This document shows positions 18,672-28,318 of a stretch of DNA of 64,000 bases, piece by piece. The stretch lies in the sequence record PV764603.1. One strand, given 5' to 3'. Under the pieces are notes generated by a model. The model was not told the origin of the DNA and made no database searches. It saw only the letters and a list, made by a program, of their open reading frames with translations. How positions within the stretch are numbered: the first letter of the stretch is position 1; each line of letters starts with the position of its first letter. A program made the position numbers and the translations under genes.

Positions 18672-19652
18672 TCAATCGTCCAAGCTCTCGAAGAGATCCG
18701 CGAGGTTGGCTCGGCTGACCACCCGGACCAGCTGGTCCTGCTGGATGAGGGCGTTAGTGAACACCGGATTGCCTTGGCGATTGCGGCGCACTTCGTACAT
18801 GATCTTGAAGTTGTCCCACCGGACTGCCCTGCCTTGCGTCTTGATGCCTCGGTCAGCCTCGGTCACAAGGGCTCGCGTGTTGGCACTGCCGTCCGTCCAC
18901 TTGACCTCCACCACGCAGCCCGGTTGCACGTCTGCAAACTTGACACCGACCGGGTAGCCACCGTTGACCTTCACGTTGTTCATCTTGAAGGCCGTGTTGG
19001 AGTGGTGCACAATGTAGTCGGCGTTGAAGTGCTTGGTCCGGGGCTTGCGTACCTCAAAGTGGTCCGGGTCCTCAAGCATGAAGCCAACCACGTCTGCCGC
19101 AATGTAGGCAGTGACGTAATCCACGTCAGGAGCCGACTCGTCCAGTGTGCCAACTTGGTGGCAGATGACGCCTCCGATCCGAACCTCGCGGCGCGAATCA
19201 AGGATGACGGCAAAGGAACCGTCGCCTTGAAGGAGGGTGAACGCGTCCCGCAGGCGACGGATGACCGGCGTGGTGTCATGAAGCATTTCCTTGCCACTCC
19301 GCTTCCACTCCTTGATGAACTTCTCCGAAGGGGTCAGCGGAGCCTTGGGCAGCTTGGCGACCGTGGCCGATTGGGTCGGCATCTGCTCCGGGTGCAGGGT
19401 AAAGACGACGAGGAACGCGTAGTTGGAGGCGATCACTTCGACCGCCTTGACCTTCTCCTTGCGACGGCGCATGACGCGCAGGACCGTCTTACGCACTGCC
19501 GCCTTATCCGTGATGGTGTGGGGGAAGAAGATCCGAATCTCATTCTGCTTGTGCAGGGTGGTCTGTCGGACGCCCTTCAACGGCAGGTGGAAAGCCTCGC
19601 ACAGGTCGGACTTGATGAAGGTGTGATTGAAGCCGGTGATTGCGTTGCTCAT
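18672..19652 (-). CDS. hypothetical protein (326 aa)
   Basis: ORF from ATG 19652 with an AAGGA RBS. Confidence 0.75.
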   Translation of the reverse strand: MSNAITGFNHTFIKSDLCEAFHLPLKGVRQTTLHKQNEIRIFFPHTITDKAAVRKTVLRVMRRRKEKVKAVEVIASNYAFLVVFTLHPEQMPTQSATVAKLPKAPLTPSEKFIKEWKRSGKEMLHDTTPVIRRLRDAFTLLQGDGSFAVILDSRREVRIGGVICHQVGTLDESAPDVDYVTAYIAADVVGFMLEDPDHFEVRKPRTKHFNADYIVHHSNTAFKMNNVKVNGGYPVGVKFADVQPGCVVEVKWTDGSANTRALVTEADRGIKTQGRAVRWDNFKIMYEVRRNRQGNPVFTNALIQQDQLVRVVSRANLADLFESLDD

Positions 19653-19687
19653 GTGTGATCCTTCATTGGTCGGAGTGTTCCGGGAAA

Positions 19688-19836
19688 TTTGCCAAGTGTG
19701 CTTGGCGAATCTGGCGTAGCGTGCAGGCACAGGGCATGACTCTACACCACTATCATACACCACCCCTAGCCGGGTGTCAAACCACCCCTGTCAGCCGTTC
19801 AGGTTCCGTTCAGGTTCGATTTGGGCACACTTGGCA
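19688..19836 (-). promoter_or_regulatory. promoter module copy 1: TTGACA-17-TATGAT with upstream CAGGGGTGG and tandem CTGAACG boxes
   Basis: -35 at 19775-19780, -10 at 19752-19757, CTGAACG at 19796-19802 and 19807-19813. Confidence 0.85.
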
Positions 19837-19843
19837 GAATCTC

Positions 19844-20275
19844 TTATTCCACAATCTCCATTTCTAGGCGTTCCTGCCACGTCTTCGGGCGGAGGGTCAG
19901 GGAGTGTGACCAGTGGCCTAGCCTCATTCGTGCCACCTCGTTAGCACCACACCCGTAAGGCACAGGCAGCGAGTTGACCCATTGGTGGAATCCCTGGGAC
20001 GACTTGGCTGACTTGCCTGCCAGCTGCCTTGCCGTGAGATTGATTCCGGCGTTGAATGGCAGTGGGCAAATCCGGGTGCGATTGATGTGGTCAAGTAGCA
20101 CAGTCGCAGGCATTGTCTCAACGCAATTCTGGCATGGTCGGAATCCTGTACCCACGAACTCTTCTGGAATCTGCTCCGTTTCGCACCAGCCCTCCATGCG
20201 ACTGAATGCACGCACGCAGCAACTCGGATAGCCAAACCACAAGCCAAACAGAACGTACTGAGTAGACAATTCCAT
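19844..20275 (-). CDS. hypothetical protein (143 aa)
   Basis: GYPSCC and CQNC motifs. Confidence 0.65.
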   Translation of the reverse strand: MELSTQYVLFGLWFGYPSCCVRAFSRMEGWCETEQIPEEFVGTGFRPCQNCVETMPATVLLDHINRTRICPLPFNAGINLTARQLAGKSAKSSQGFHQWVNSLPVPYGCGANEVARMRLGHWSHSLTLRPKTWQERLEMEIVE

Positions 20276-20298
20276 TTCGGTTCCCCTAGGTAGTGGCC

Positions 20299-21807
20299 TC
20301 AGATTGAGGCCACCATTGTATCAATGTCAGCCACGATCTTGTCGGCTGGCTTCTTGAGCCACTTATCCAGCTGAGTCAGGAATGCCTTCGTCTCCTTGAT
20401 CTTCTCCACAAGCTTCTCGGCTTCCAGAGCCTTCAAGCTGCGAATCTGACGACTCAGGATCGTGTCCACCTGCTCGGCCGTGATCTTGAGGCCCTTCATC
20501 AACACCTCTTCGGTGTTCTTCGCTTTCAGCGCCTTGACGATCAAGTCGATGTTCTTGCATGCCAGCAGCATCAGTTCCTGCAACGCCAACTGCTCTTGCG
20601 TCTTGCCCTTCCGATAATTCAGGGCCTTGACCTCAAGGTCGATGCGCCACTTGGTCCACTTCTTGAAGAAGTCCAGCACGCTGGTCTGCAACAGTTCAGC
20701 TGACGGCGTTTCGGTCTCGTAGTCGAAGCTCTTTTCGATGGCGTTGATTCGGAAGCTGCATCGCTTGGAGAAGTGCTTCTCGATCACTTCAAGCGCCTTG
20801 GCCTCAACCATCCGAACACCAATGTCCTGCTTGAGAACCACTTGAATCAGGAAGGGGTCTTTCCGACTCGTCTCATCCGTACAGGACTTGACACGATCAT
20901 CCTCAGCGACTCGCCCGATCAGCTTCTCCACGTCAGTCTGCGGAGGAATGGACGTGATGTTGATCGTCCGATTCTTGGCGTCGATGGTGTAGTCCGAAGT
21001 GACGATGGCACGGCCAGCACCAGTGGACAGCAGCTGACGCCACTCCTTCCGGATTTCCTTCTGCTCGTTGCTGCCCTTGTTCAGGGTGCAGGGAGTGGAG
21101 CCGTGTCGGGCGTAGTTGATCTTGAGTGCCTTGCTGCAATCCTTCACGTCGATAGGCTGCTTCCGAAGTGCCTTCTTCGTCAGTTCGATGACGCCCTTCA
21201 TGCCAAAGGCAGGCACCCAACCCGCCGTGCCCACCGCGATGTTGCCCGAACTACCATTCAACAGCAGGTTCGGCAGCAGCGACGGGAGGATCATTGGCTC
21301 TTGATCCTTACCATCATAGTTCGGCACCATGTCCGAAACTTCAAGGTGGTCGGCCGAGAAGAAGACGTTGTAGCCATACTTACTCAACTTCAACTCGGTG
21401 TATCGCATCGCCGCAGCTTCGTCCGTCATCGAACCAAAGTTGCCTTGGCCGATGAAGTACGGTTCCGAAGCATTCACCATCTGCACCACCGAGCCATAGG
21501 CTGCGGTGTCACCGTGCGGATGGTACTTACCGATCACGTCACCAACCAGTCGCGCAGACTTCTTGGTGCCACCGCTCGGAGCCATGCCCATCTTGTATGC
21601 CGCGTAGAGGATACGGCGCTGCACAGGCAGCAGCCCATCGCGGTAGTCCGGGAAGGCACGATCCTCAATGACCGCACGGCCATAGGTGAACATGCACTCG
21701 TCGCCGTGGGTGGCCAAGTCAATATCGACTACCACGTTGTTGCCCGAAGCCTTGACCTTACCCGACTTCACTTTCTTGCCTTTCACTTTCTTGGCTACCT
21801 TAGCCAT
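20299..21807 (-). CDS. type IIA topoisomerase subunit A (GyrA/ParC-like, no C-terminal pinwheel)
   Basis: DGLLPVQRRIL, KKSARLVGDVIGKYHPHGD, AAAMRYTE catalytic Tyr. Confidence 0.95.
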   Translation of the reverse strand: MAKVAKKVKGKKVKSGKVKASGNNVVVDIDLATHGDECMFTYGRAVIEDRAFPDYRDGLLPVQRRILYAAYKMGMAPSGGTKKSARLVGDVIGKYHPHGDTAAYGSVVQMVNASEPYFIGQGNFGSMTDEAAAMRYTELKLSKYGYNVFFSADHLEVSDMVPNYDGKDQEPMILPSLLPNLLLNGSSGNIAVGTAGWVPAFGMKGVIELTKKALRKQPIDVKDCSKALKINYARHGSTPCTLNKGSNEQKEIRKEWRQLLSTGAGRAIVTSDYTIDAKNRTINITSIPPQTDVEKLIGRVAEDDRVKSCTDETSRKDPFLIQVVLKQDIGVRMVEAKALEVIEKHFSKRCSFRINAIEKSFDYETETPSAELLQTSVLDFFKKWTKWRIDLEVKALNYRKGKTQEQLALQELMLLACKNIDLIVKALKAKNTEEVLMKGLKITAEQVDTILSRQIRSLKALEAEKLVEKIKETKAFLTQLDKWLKKPADKIVADIDTMVASI

Positions 21808-22006
21808 CGTTACGTGCTCCCAAATGGCTCATGGCGAGATACCCGAATGGGTATCCCTCCGTCTCGTGATACATGCAAGCCGCGTTGACTCGGAACTCGC
21901 TGCCATCAGTGAAGGTCAGTTGGACAGCCTTTAGCTCGCCGTCCTCCCGAAACTCTTCCGCCTTGGCAATCGTCTTGCCTGCCAGCAGTGCTTGAATGTC
22001 CATCAC
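21800..22006 (-). CDS. hypothetical protein (68 aa) between the topoisomerase subunits
   Basis: overlaps both neighbours by 4-8 nt. Confidence 0.6.
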   Translation of the reverse strand: MMDIQALLAGKTIAKAEEFREDGELKAVQLTFTDGSEFRVNAACMYHETEGYPFGYLAMSHLGARNDG

Positions 22007-23895
22007 GGAATCCCCAGCAGGCGTTTTCTGGCGGTCACGTCGTCGGCCATCAGCAACGTAAACCGGGAGAGCGACTTTGCATCCTTGAGCGTGATGCGCT
22101 TGAGCTTACGGGTGGTGGCATCGAACGCTGCCTCCCGCAGCATTTCCGGAGCCGCCTCACCCCACCCCTTGAGGTGGTTGACCTTGTTGCGGTCTGCGCC
22201 CTTCGGCATCTTGGCCCACAGTTCCTTACGCGACTTCGCCATGTAATAGGTCTTGGTCTTGGCGTCGTAGTAAGTGTACTCCGGACTGTCCACTGTGTAG
22301 ATCAGACCACGCTCAAACACACCCGGCACGTACTTGACCAGCAGGGCAATCACAAGCGTTTCGATGTGGCGACCGTCAACGTCCGCGTCGGTCAGCATAA
22401 TCATCTTGCCGGTACGCAGATGGTCAAGCGGATTCTTCTTGGTCGGATCGAAGCCCAGCGCACGTAGGATGAACAACACTTCGTCACTGTTGAAGGCCGC
22501 GTTAATGTCCTTCTGCTTCATGACATTCAGAATCTTGCCGCGCAACGGCAGGATTTCCTGATGCGTCTTATCGCGGGCCTTCTTCGCCGTACCGCCTGCC
22601 GAGTCACCTTCCACCAAGAACGTCTCACGCTTATGCGGAGCGCAGTTGGCGCTGACGAACTTGGCAGGCATGTTGTTGCCCTTCTTCTTGCCCGAGTTCA
22701 GCGCAGCGATGGCCTTCTTTGAGGCAGTGAACTCCGCCTTAGCTCCACGCACAGCCGCTGCCTTCTCGCACAGCGTCTTGGCCAGAGTCTTGTTTTGTGC
22801 GAAGAACTCATCTAGCTTCTTCTGCAACGGCGTGGGCAGCATGTCGTTGACCCGGCCGTCAACCAGCTGTGCCTTGTCCTGACTGCTGAATCGGGGAGCA
22901 TCGAGCTTGGCGTTGATGATGCCTACTGCACCTTCGAGCACGTCGTCCTTTCGGAAGGACTGCTTGCTGTTGGCGTACTTGACGATGGCATTGTAGAGAG
23001 ACTGTTTCAGAATGTCTACATGCAGACCACCATTCTTGTTGTGGATCGAGTTGGTGTATGCCTCGATGTTGTCGCCTTCGGCATCTGTGAACGCCAGCGC
23101 AATCTCAGCAGGGAACCCCTTCTCGGTCAGGACGAACGGCTTGCCAGTGACAGTAGCCTTGAGCTTCTTGCACTGCGCACCGAGGAAGTCCTTGACACCA
23201 TCCTTGAACTTCCACTGCTTCTTCTTGCCATCAACGATGAGCGTGACTTCCAGCCCGGCGTTGAGGTAAGCAGCAAGTTCACACCACTGCTCGAAGTAGT
23301 CGATCGGAATCTTCGAGCCCTTGTCGAAATACTTGAGGTCCGGAATCCAGTGGATCGCCGTGCCCTTCTTGACCTTGACCCCGAACGGCAACTTGGGGGC
23401 AGTCGCCTTCTTGACCGGCTTCTTCTCCACGCCATCGGCGTACTGAGTATGCCACCACACCTTGTCTCGGAAGGTGTGAACCTCAAAGTGCTTCGACAGC
23501 GCATTGGTAGCCTTGAGGCCAACGCCGTGCGTACCACCCGCGTTCTCGTAAGCACCCTTGTCAAACTTTGCGCCTGCATGCAGACGACTGACCAGCGACT
23601 TGAGTGCCGACTCCTTGACCTTGCGGCCTTCGATTTCCAGCGTGTGAGGCTTGACTGGCATACCACCTGCCGAGTCAATGGTCCAGAATTTCCACGCCTT
23701 CGTGTCGATCAACAGGGTGACAGAAGCGCCACGGCCTGCCTTGAATTCGTCAACGATGTTGTCCAGCGGCTCGCGGCCGATGGTGCCGATACCCGTTGAA
23801 TCTGTAAGGCCGATATACATACCGGCTTTGGCCTGAACGGCTTTCAAGCCAATCAGGACTTTTACTTGCTTCTCTGAATAGCTGGCTTTCGCCAC
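22003..23895 (-). CDS. type IIA topoisomerase subunit B (GyrB/ParE-like)
   Basis: EPLDNIVDE, GTHGVG GHKL motifs; VEGDSAGG, PLRGKILN, TDADVDG Toprim; GTG start after GAGGA. Confidence 0.95.
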   Translation of the reverse strand: MAKASYSEKQVKVLIGLKAVQAKAGMYIGLTDSTGIGTIGREPLDNIVDEFKAGRGASVTLLIDTKAWKFWTIDSAGGMPVKPHTLEIEGRKVKESALKSLVSRLHAGAKFDKGAYENAGGTHGVGLKATNALSKHFEVHTFRDKVWWHTQYADGVEKKPVKKATAPKLPFGVKVKKGTAIHWIPDLKYFDKGSKIPIDYFEQWCELAAYLNAGLEVTLIVDGKKKQWKFKDGVKDFLGAQCKKLKATVTGKPFVLTEKGFPAEIALAFTDAEGDNIEAYTNSIHNKNGGLHVDILKQSLYNAIVKYANSKQSFRKDDVLEGAVGIINAKLDAPRFSSQDKAQLVDGRVNDMLPTPLQKKLDEFFAQNKTLAKTLCEKAAAVRGAKAEFTASKKAIAALNSGKKKGNNMPAKFVSANCAPHKRETFLVEGDSAGGTAKKARDKTHQEILPLRGKILNVMKQKDINAAFNSDEVLFILRALGFDPTKKNPLDHLRTGKMIMLTDADVDGRHIETLVIALLVKYVPGVFERGLIYTVDSPEYTYYDAKTKTYYMAKSRKELWAKMPKGADRNKVNHLKGWGEAAPEMLREAAFDATTRKLKRITLKDAKSLSRFTLLMADDVTARKRLLGIP

Positions 23896-23927
23896 GTCGG
23901 TTCCTCTTGGTTGAACGTCATACCCTA

Positions 23928-23936
23928 TATTTACAG
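23928..23936 (-). promoter_or_regulatory. CTGTAAATA promoter-like motif
   Basis: 33 nt upstream of the topoisomerase B start. Confidence 0.6.
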
Positions 23937-23988
23937 GATGCCTCAATGTGCAGAAAGCCCTGCGATTTCTCACAGGGCTCTTCCGGTC

Positions 23989-24675
23989 TTACTCCGCTGC
24001 GCTCCCCTGCTGGCGACGCAGCCACTTCTGCCGTTCCACGATTACGGGATGCACCATATCCCCTTCCACAAGTTCGTAGATATGGTACACCCACACCGCG
24101 TCGATGGCCTTGCCATCCGAACGGTTCTCCGCCGTCTCGTCATAGAGATACTCGAACTGCGGTTCACGTGTACCAAGGTACGCGCCCCACTTGTGCCAGC
24201 GCCAACCACCACTCGGCTCCTGCTCGTCCCTGCGCATTTCAACCATGCTGACGCAGAAGTACCGATTCTCCAGAGCGTCGATGATGGGGAACAGTTCAAA
24301 CAGCTGTTCCGGGGTGTCCACCACACCATAGCAGTTGAGGTAGCGCCTCTTCGGTTCTCCGTCCTCTCCCACGTCGTCGTAGATGCCTGCGTTGTGCTCA
24401 GGGAACTCCGGATAGTCAAGATCGAACTTGCGCTTGCCGTCCTGCTTGGAGCGGTTGATTTCATGATCGAAGTTGAGGTCGCCCGTGAACACACCCGGCA
24501 GCGTTGCGTGCTCGTACACGAATGGGGCACGGTAGGAACCATCCTCCAGCTTCTGGAACTGATCCAGATGCTCATGGAAACTTTCGTTGTGGGGATTGGC
24601 ACCGATGGGGTACTGGTCGCGCAGACCCTGCAACCATTCGGCGGTATAGGTGATGAGCTTCGGAGTAACGAGCAT
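23989..24675 (-). CDS. hypothetical protein
   Basis: YGVVD...GGWRWHKWGAYLG...EYLYDE; RBS AAGGA. Confidence 0.75.
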   Translation of the reverse strand: MLVTPKLITYTAEWLQGLRDQYPIGANPHNESFHEHLDQFQKLEDGSYRAPFVYEHATLPGVFTGDLNFDHEINRSKQDGKRKFDLDYPEFPEHNAGIYDDVGEDGEPKRRYLNCYGVVDTPEQLFELFPIIDALENRYFCVSMVEMRRDEQEPSGGWRWHKWGAYLGTREPQFEYLYDETAENRSDGKAIDAVWVYHIYELVEGDMVHPVIVERQKWLRRQQGSAAE

Positions 24676-24685
24676 TTCAATTCCT

Positions 24686-24877
24686 TTATCGTAGTTGTGC
24701 AGTGTGCTCAATGCGTTCACGCAGCTTGTCGGTGTCGAACGTCTGCTCCATCAGCAGCTTGTTGACCCACAGCTGGTACTCTGTTCGGCCGTCTACGTCA
24801 CGCTTCTTGATGACGTAGCTCTTGCCGTTGTGCGGCGCCACCTGTTCGGTGACAATCTCCCATGTTACTCCTGCCAT
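24686..24877 (-). CDS. hypothetical protein (63 aa)
   Basis: short ORF overlapping the E1 stop. Confidence 0.55.
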   Translation of the reverse strand: MAGVTWEIVTEQVAPHNGKSYVIKKRDVDGRTEYQLWVNKLLMEQTFDTDKLRERIEHTAQLR

Positions 24878-25548
24878 GTTACGCTGTGCATTCCCCATTC
24901 TTCACCCACGCTTGTCACCACCGTGTTAGGTGTCGGGCGGCCCATGACGAAATTCATGAACTGCCAGATCATCTGTGACGCGACAATCTGCGCCGTAGCT
25001 CCGACACTGAGGGTTGCCCCACAAGCCGCGCGCTCTACATTGGCGTCGTCGTCATCGAACAGGCCACCAATGTAATTAGTGCGTTGCCATTCCTTGCTGC
25101 GATCAAGCAGGAACGAGATTGCATCCCGGGCTCCCATGCGTCCATCCAGAAACGCACCACCCTCACACGGCAAGTAGTTCTCCGCGAAGGCACGGCGCGA
25201 TGCCATGTTGTCCACGCATACGAACACATATGGAGTGGCCTCAAACCTGGGCTTATTGAGGCGGCGAGGACACGCGCCCACTCGCGTGTCCGAAACTTGA
25301 CGCAGGCGATCCACCAAGGCAACAGCCTTGTTCGTCCCCACGTCATCGGGACCGTACAGGCATTGGTTCGGCAGGTTGTGGGATTCCACCACGTCATCAT
25401 CATAGACAACGAACGGTACACCGATCTTTGACAACTGCAACGCTACCGCGCTGCCCAAGGCCCCTGCCCCGACAACCACCGCAGGCGTGCGCTCAGTGGC
25501 CTTACTCTTGCTCAGGTCGAAGATACCGGTCAATCGAATTTGATCCAT
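24865..25548 (-). CDS. E1-like / ThiF-family adenylyltransferase
   Basis: GAGALG, DDDVVESHNLPNQ, NKA, VCVDN, DGRMG, and a candidate catalytic Cys in ERAACG; no Zn CxxC pairs. Confidence 0.92.
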   Translation of the reverse strand: MDQIRLTGIFDLSKSKATERTPAVVVGAGALGSAVALQLSKIGVPFVVYDDDVVESHNLPNQCLYGPDDVGTNKAVALVDRLRQVSDTRVGACPRRLNKPRFEATPYVFVCVDNMASRRAFAENYLPCEGGAFLDGRMGARDAISFLLDRSKEWQRTNYIGGLFDDDDANVERAACGATLSVGATAQIVASQMIWQFMNFVMGRPTPNTVVTSVGEEWGMHSVTWQE

Positions 25549-25560
25549 CGTTAGTGCTCC

Positions 25561-28239
25561 TTAAAGTTCATCATCCTCAATATCATCGTCGCACTCGCAA
25601 TCTTCTGGAGTGCACAAGCAGCGGTTGCAACACTTGCAGGGAGAGGACTCACAGTCCGAGCAGCAACTGCACCGAGTACGCTTGCACGTACCACAACAGC
25701 CACATTCTTCGCTCGGCTCATGTTTGCAACATACGCACTTGTGTTGCAGCATGTTACAGCCGGGGCAACTTTCGTTGCTGATGTTGTTCAACTTGAAATA
25801 ACCTTCGGTTACATGGACCAACTCTTCAAGCCTCAGCACTGTCTCCCGAGTAACAGGAATCCTGTGCCAGTCTAGTTCCGCATTGGACACCTGTGCAACG
25901 ATGTTGTCGAACTTCGGATTGCTAGTCTGACTCTTCAACGCAAGCAACTTCGAGCCTGATGCTCCCATGTTTTGATGGGAACCCTTCGACCTCCTGCGTG
26001 TACCAATTGGTGACAGGGAGGGCGCCATGTTTCCGATGAGGTCTTTCCACGGAGAAACCGCCATGTACTCAGCGTCGGGCTTGTCTCCATACGTCTTGGC
26101 CCATGCCCTCACGTACAGGTCGTTGCGATCCGGCGTAGCCAAGAAGTCGTAAAGCAGCTGCAACCTGTAACGCAAGTTACCTACAACCGAATTGGAAGCG
26201 GTGGAAATGTGATCTTCCAACTCGCTATGGAACGAACCTAAGCACAGGGAGCCATGCGACTCTTGGCTGCTCGGGACAGCCATGTGTGGATGGATGCGTA
26301 TACGCAGCCGGGGCTCAGAGTATTCCAATTCGTAGGCAAGCGGTGCTGCAATGTTGCGAATGGCGAGGTCGGTATTGACTAGAGACAGTGCAATCTGATA
26401 CTGGCCAATGTAGAACTGGCTTGGCACCGCCCGGTTATCCGTTTCGTCCTCATCGTCAAAACCTGACACTTCCGGCGGCTGGTAGTACAGGTCATTCGTT
26501 TGGACGATGACCGTGCCCGAGGGCAGCAACTCCACATGCTCAATCCACGTGTAGCTATTGAGTTCTGCCAGCGCGAGGTTCACGTCCTCCGCAGTGAAAG
26601 AACAGATGCGACGAATCTGCTCCTGCAACTCGGCCTTACGTGCACGCAAAGCCAGCAGCGACTTTGTGGTTTCCGTCAAGTCCCGTTCCACGTCCTCGTA
26701 ATCATGCAGGAGCGCCGTCGCCCGCTTAATCTGAATCCCTGTAACCAAGGAATCCTGAGTGGATACAACGTCCGTAGTCAGCGAGTTAAGCAGGGCATGA
26801 TACGTGAGGGCAGGAGAAGCCGACAGGAAGATATTACCTACCCGCACCACCGTAGGTGCGGTGCCCTTACGGAAGCGTTCCCACTTCATCACGCGGCTGG
26901 GAAAGTCACGTGTGTCAGGATAGCCCGATATGTAACCAAGGAAGCGATCCTCGTATGGGTCTAACGCAGAATCGAAGACTTCCGCGATGGCCTTCCATCC
27001 AAGGTTGACCAGCATGGATTCAGCCTTGGCTTTCGTCTCAGGAGTGACATTGAAGTGGATGCCCTCGATATGAGCGGGTCCATACAGCCTGTATTGTGTA
27101 GGCTCTGTCACTTGGAAGCCGAACGTCCTGCGCACTGCTATGCGACGCTCTTGTTCTTTACGATCGGCCTCAAACTCGCGCTGGCTGCGCCCTGTGTCGA
27201 AACTGAGGCGTTCCATCCAGTTGATGAGTTGTGTCTCGTTCTCCATAGCCTCCAGAGGAATGACCAGCGGCATGCGTCCGACGCACGCCATCGCGTACAT
27301 GTGGACTTGATCCTCCTTCATCATTACCTGTTCGACGCTAAAATGAATTTGGCTTGTTGCAGCCCGCCGACTGAACACGTCGTTTGCCAAGGCGCTTTGC
27401 AGATTGCGGAAGTCAATCTCGTATAGTGGAATGGAGTCTGTGTTGCCATTCACGAACGCCTGCTCACGGGTGGACTTGTAGTTGTCCGGATCATCGTCGC
27501 GGGCACGGTCTTGGGACAGCAAGATGAAGAAGAACGCCCACACATGGTACACGTCAGGGAACGTGTTGGAATCCATCAAATCCCACTTGCAATCTTGCAC
27601 GGGGAATACGTCGTTACCGAAGCACTGCTCAGTCATGGCTCGGGCGGCTACGCCAAGGTCGTTCGTGATGTGACCTGTACTGAACTCAGTTACCGAATTG
27701 TATTCGTGTGCGTTAGAACCCGACATGTAGGCAGAGCGAACCGTGTTCGGCATGATGCGCTCATGGCCTGCCGCTTCCTTTGCAATCACCCAAGAGCTAG
27801 GAATGACAGCAGGCTGGTTGAATGCTGGGTATAGATCAGGGGAGTCCTTGAGGTAGGCAGCCACTGTTGGCACAGCCATCCCGAGGTACTTGTAGAATAT
27901 CTCCTGCATTTCAGGAGAGCGGCGATTACGGAACAAAGTCGCCATGTTCTCCCGCAGGGAGTCCACGATGAAAAGAATGCAGGCGCGAAGCGTGGCGGTA
28001 TCCTGCACCTTGATGTAGGGCCTTTCTAGCAAAGGCACGTCTTCGGCCTCTACGTCAAGAGAGACACCCTTGCAGCAATCTCGGCACCGAACGTTCTCAG
28101 AGTACCTGTTCTCGGTGTCGTGGCACTCGCAGTCGCAATCGGAGGTGCAGCACATGCACTCGTCATCATCGCAGTAGTCCCACAACTGAACAACCTTCTG
28201 CTTCGCTGCTGCTTTGGGGAACCTTCCGTTACTCATCAT
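25561..28239 (-). CDS. 892-aa protein with an E2 (UBC-like) domain, a coiled coil and Cys-rich termini
   Basis: IHPHMAVPSSQESHGSLCLGSF and LLYDFLATPDRNDLYVRAWAKTY match UBC HPN..ICL and LL.DPNPDDPL..IA..Y. Confidence 0.75.
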   Translation of the reverse strand: MMSNGRFPKAAAKQKVVQLWDYCDDDECMCCTSDCDCECHDTENRYSENVRCRDCCKGVSLDVEAEDVPLLERPYIKVQDTATLRACILFIVDSLRENMATLFRNRRSPEMQEIFYKYLGMAVPTVAAYLKDSPDLYPAFNQPAVIPSSWVIAKEAAGHERIMPNTVRSAYMSGSNAHEYNSVTEFSTGHITNDLGVAARAMTEQCFGNDVFPVQDCKWDLMDSNTFPDVYHVWAFFFILLSQDRARDDDPDNYKSTREQAFVNGNTDSIPLYEIDFRNLQSALANDVFSRRAATSQIHFSVEQVMMKEDQVHMYAMACVGRMPLVIPLEAMENETQLINWMERLSFDTGRSQREFEADRKEQERRIAVRRTFGFQVTEPTQYRLYGPAHIEGIHFNVTPETKAKAESMLVNLGWKAIAEVFDSALDPYEDRFLGYISGYPDTRDFPSRVMKWERFRKGTAPTVVRVGNIFLSASPALTYHALLNSLTTDVVSTQDSLVTGIQIKRATALLHDYEDVERDLTETTKSLLALRARKAELQEQIRRICSFTAEDVNLALAELNSYTWIEHVELLPSGTVIVQTNDLYYQPPEVSGFDDEDETDNRAVPSQFYIGQYQIALSLVNTDLAIRNIAAPLAYELEYSEPRLRIRIHPHMAVPSSQESHGSLCLGSFHSELEDHISTASNSVVGNLRYRLQLLYDFLATPDRNDLYVRAWAKTYGDKPDAEYMAVSPWKDLIGNMAPSLSPIGTRRRSKGSHQNMGASGSKLLALKSQTSNPKFDNIVAQVSNAELDWHRIPVTRETVLRLEELVHVTEGYFKLNNISNESCPGCNMLQHKCVCCKHEPSEECGCCGTCKRTRCSCCSDCESSPCKCCNRCLCTPEDCECDDDIEDDEL

Positions 28240-28271
28240 CGTCGCCTTTTCGGTAGTCCTGAATGTACGAA

Positions 28272-28301
28272 AGGCCCGAGCGTCTTTCGACGCCCGAGCC
28301 T
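28272..28301 (-). terminator. 13-bp GNRA-loop hairpin with a weak U-tract (possible leaky terminator)
   Basis: AGGCTCGGGCGTC-GAAA-GACGCTCGGGCCT-TTC on the minus strand. Confidence 0.65.
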
Positions 28302-28318
28302 AGGTGGTACGTGTAGCT

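Noticed and set aside
24865-25548. ThiF/MoeB for thiamine or molybdopterin biosynthesis
   Set aside because: No thiG, thiS-type operon or moa genes; the neighbour has an E2 active site, which favours conjugation (not formally excluded)
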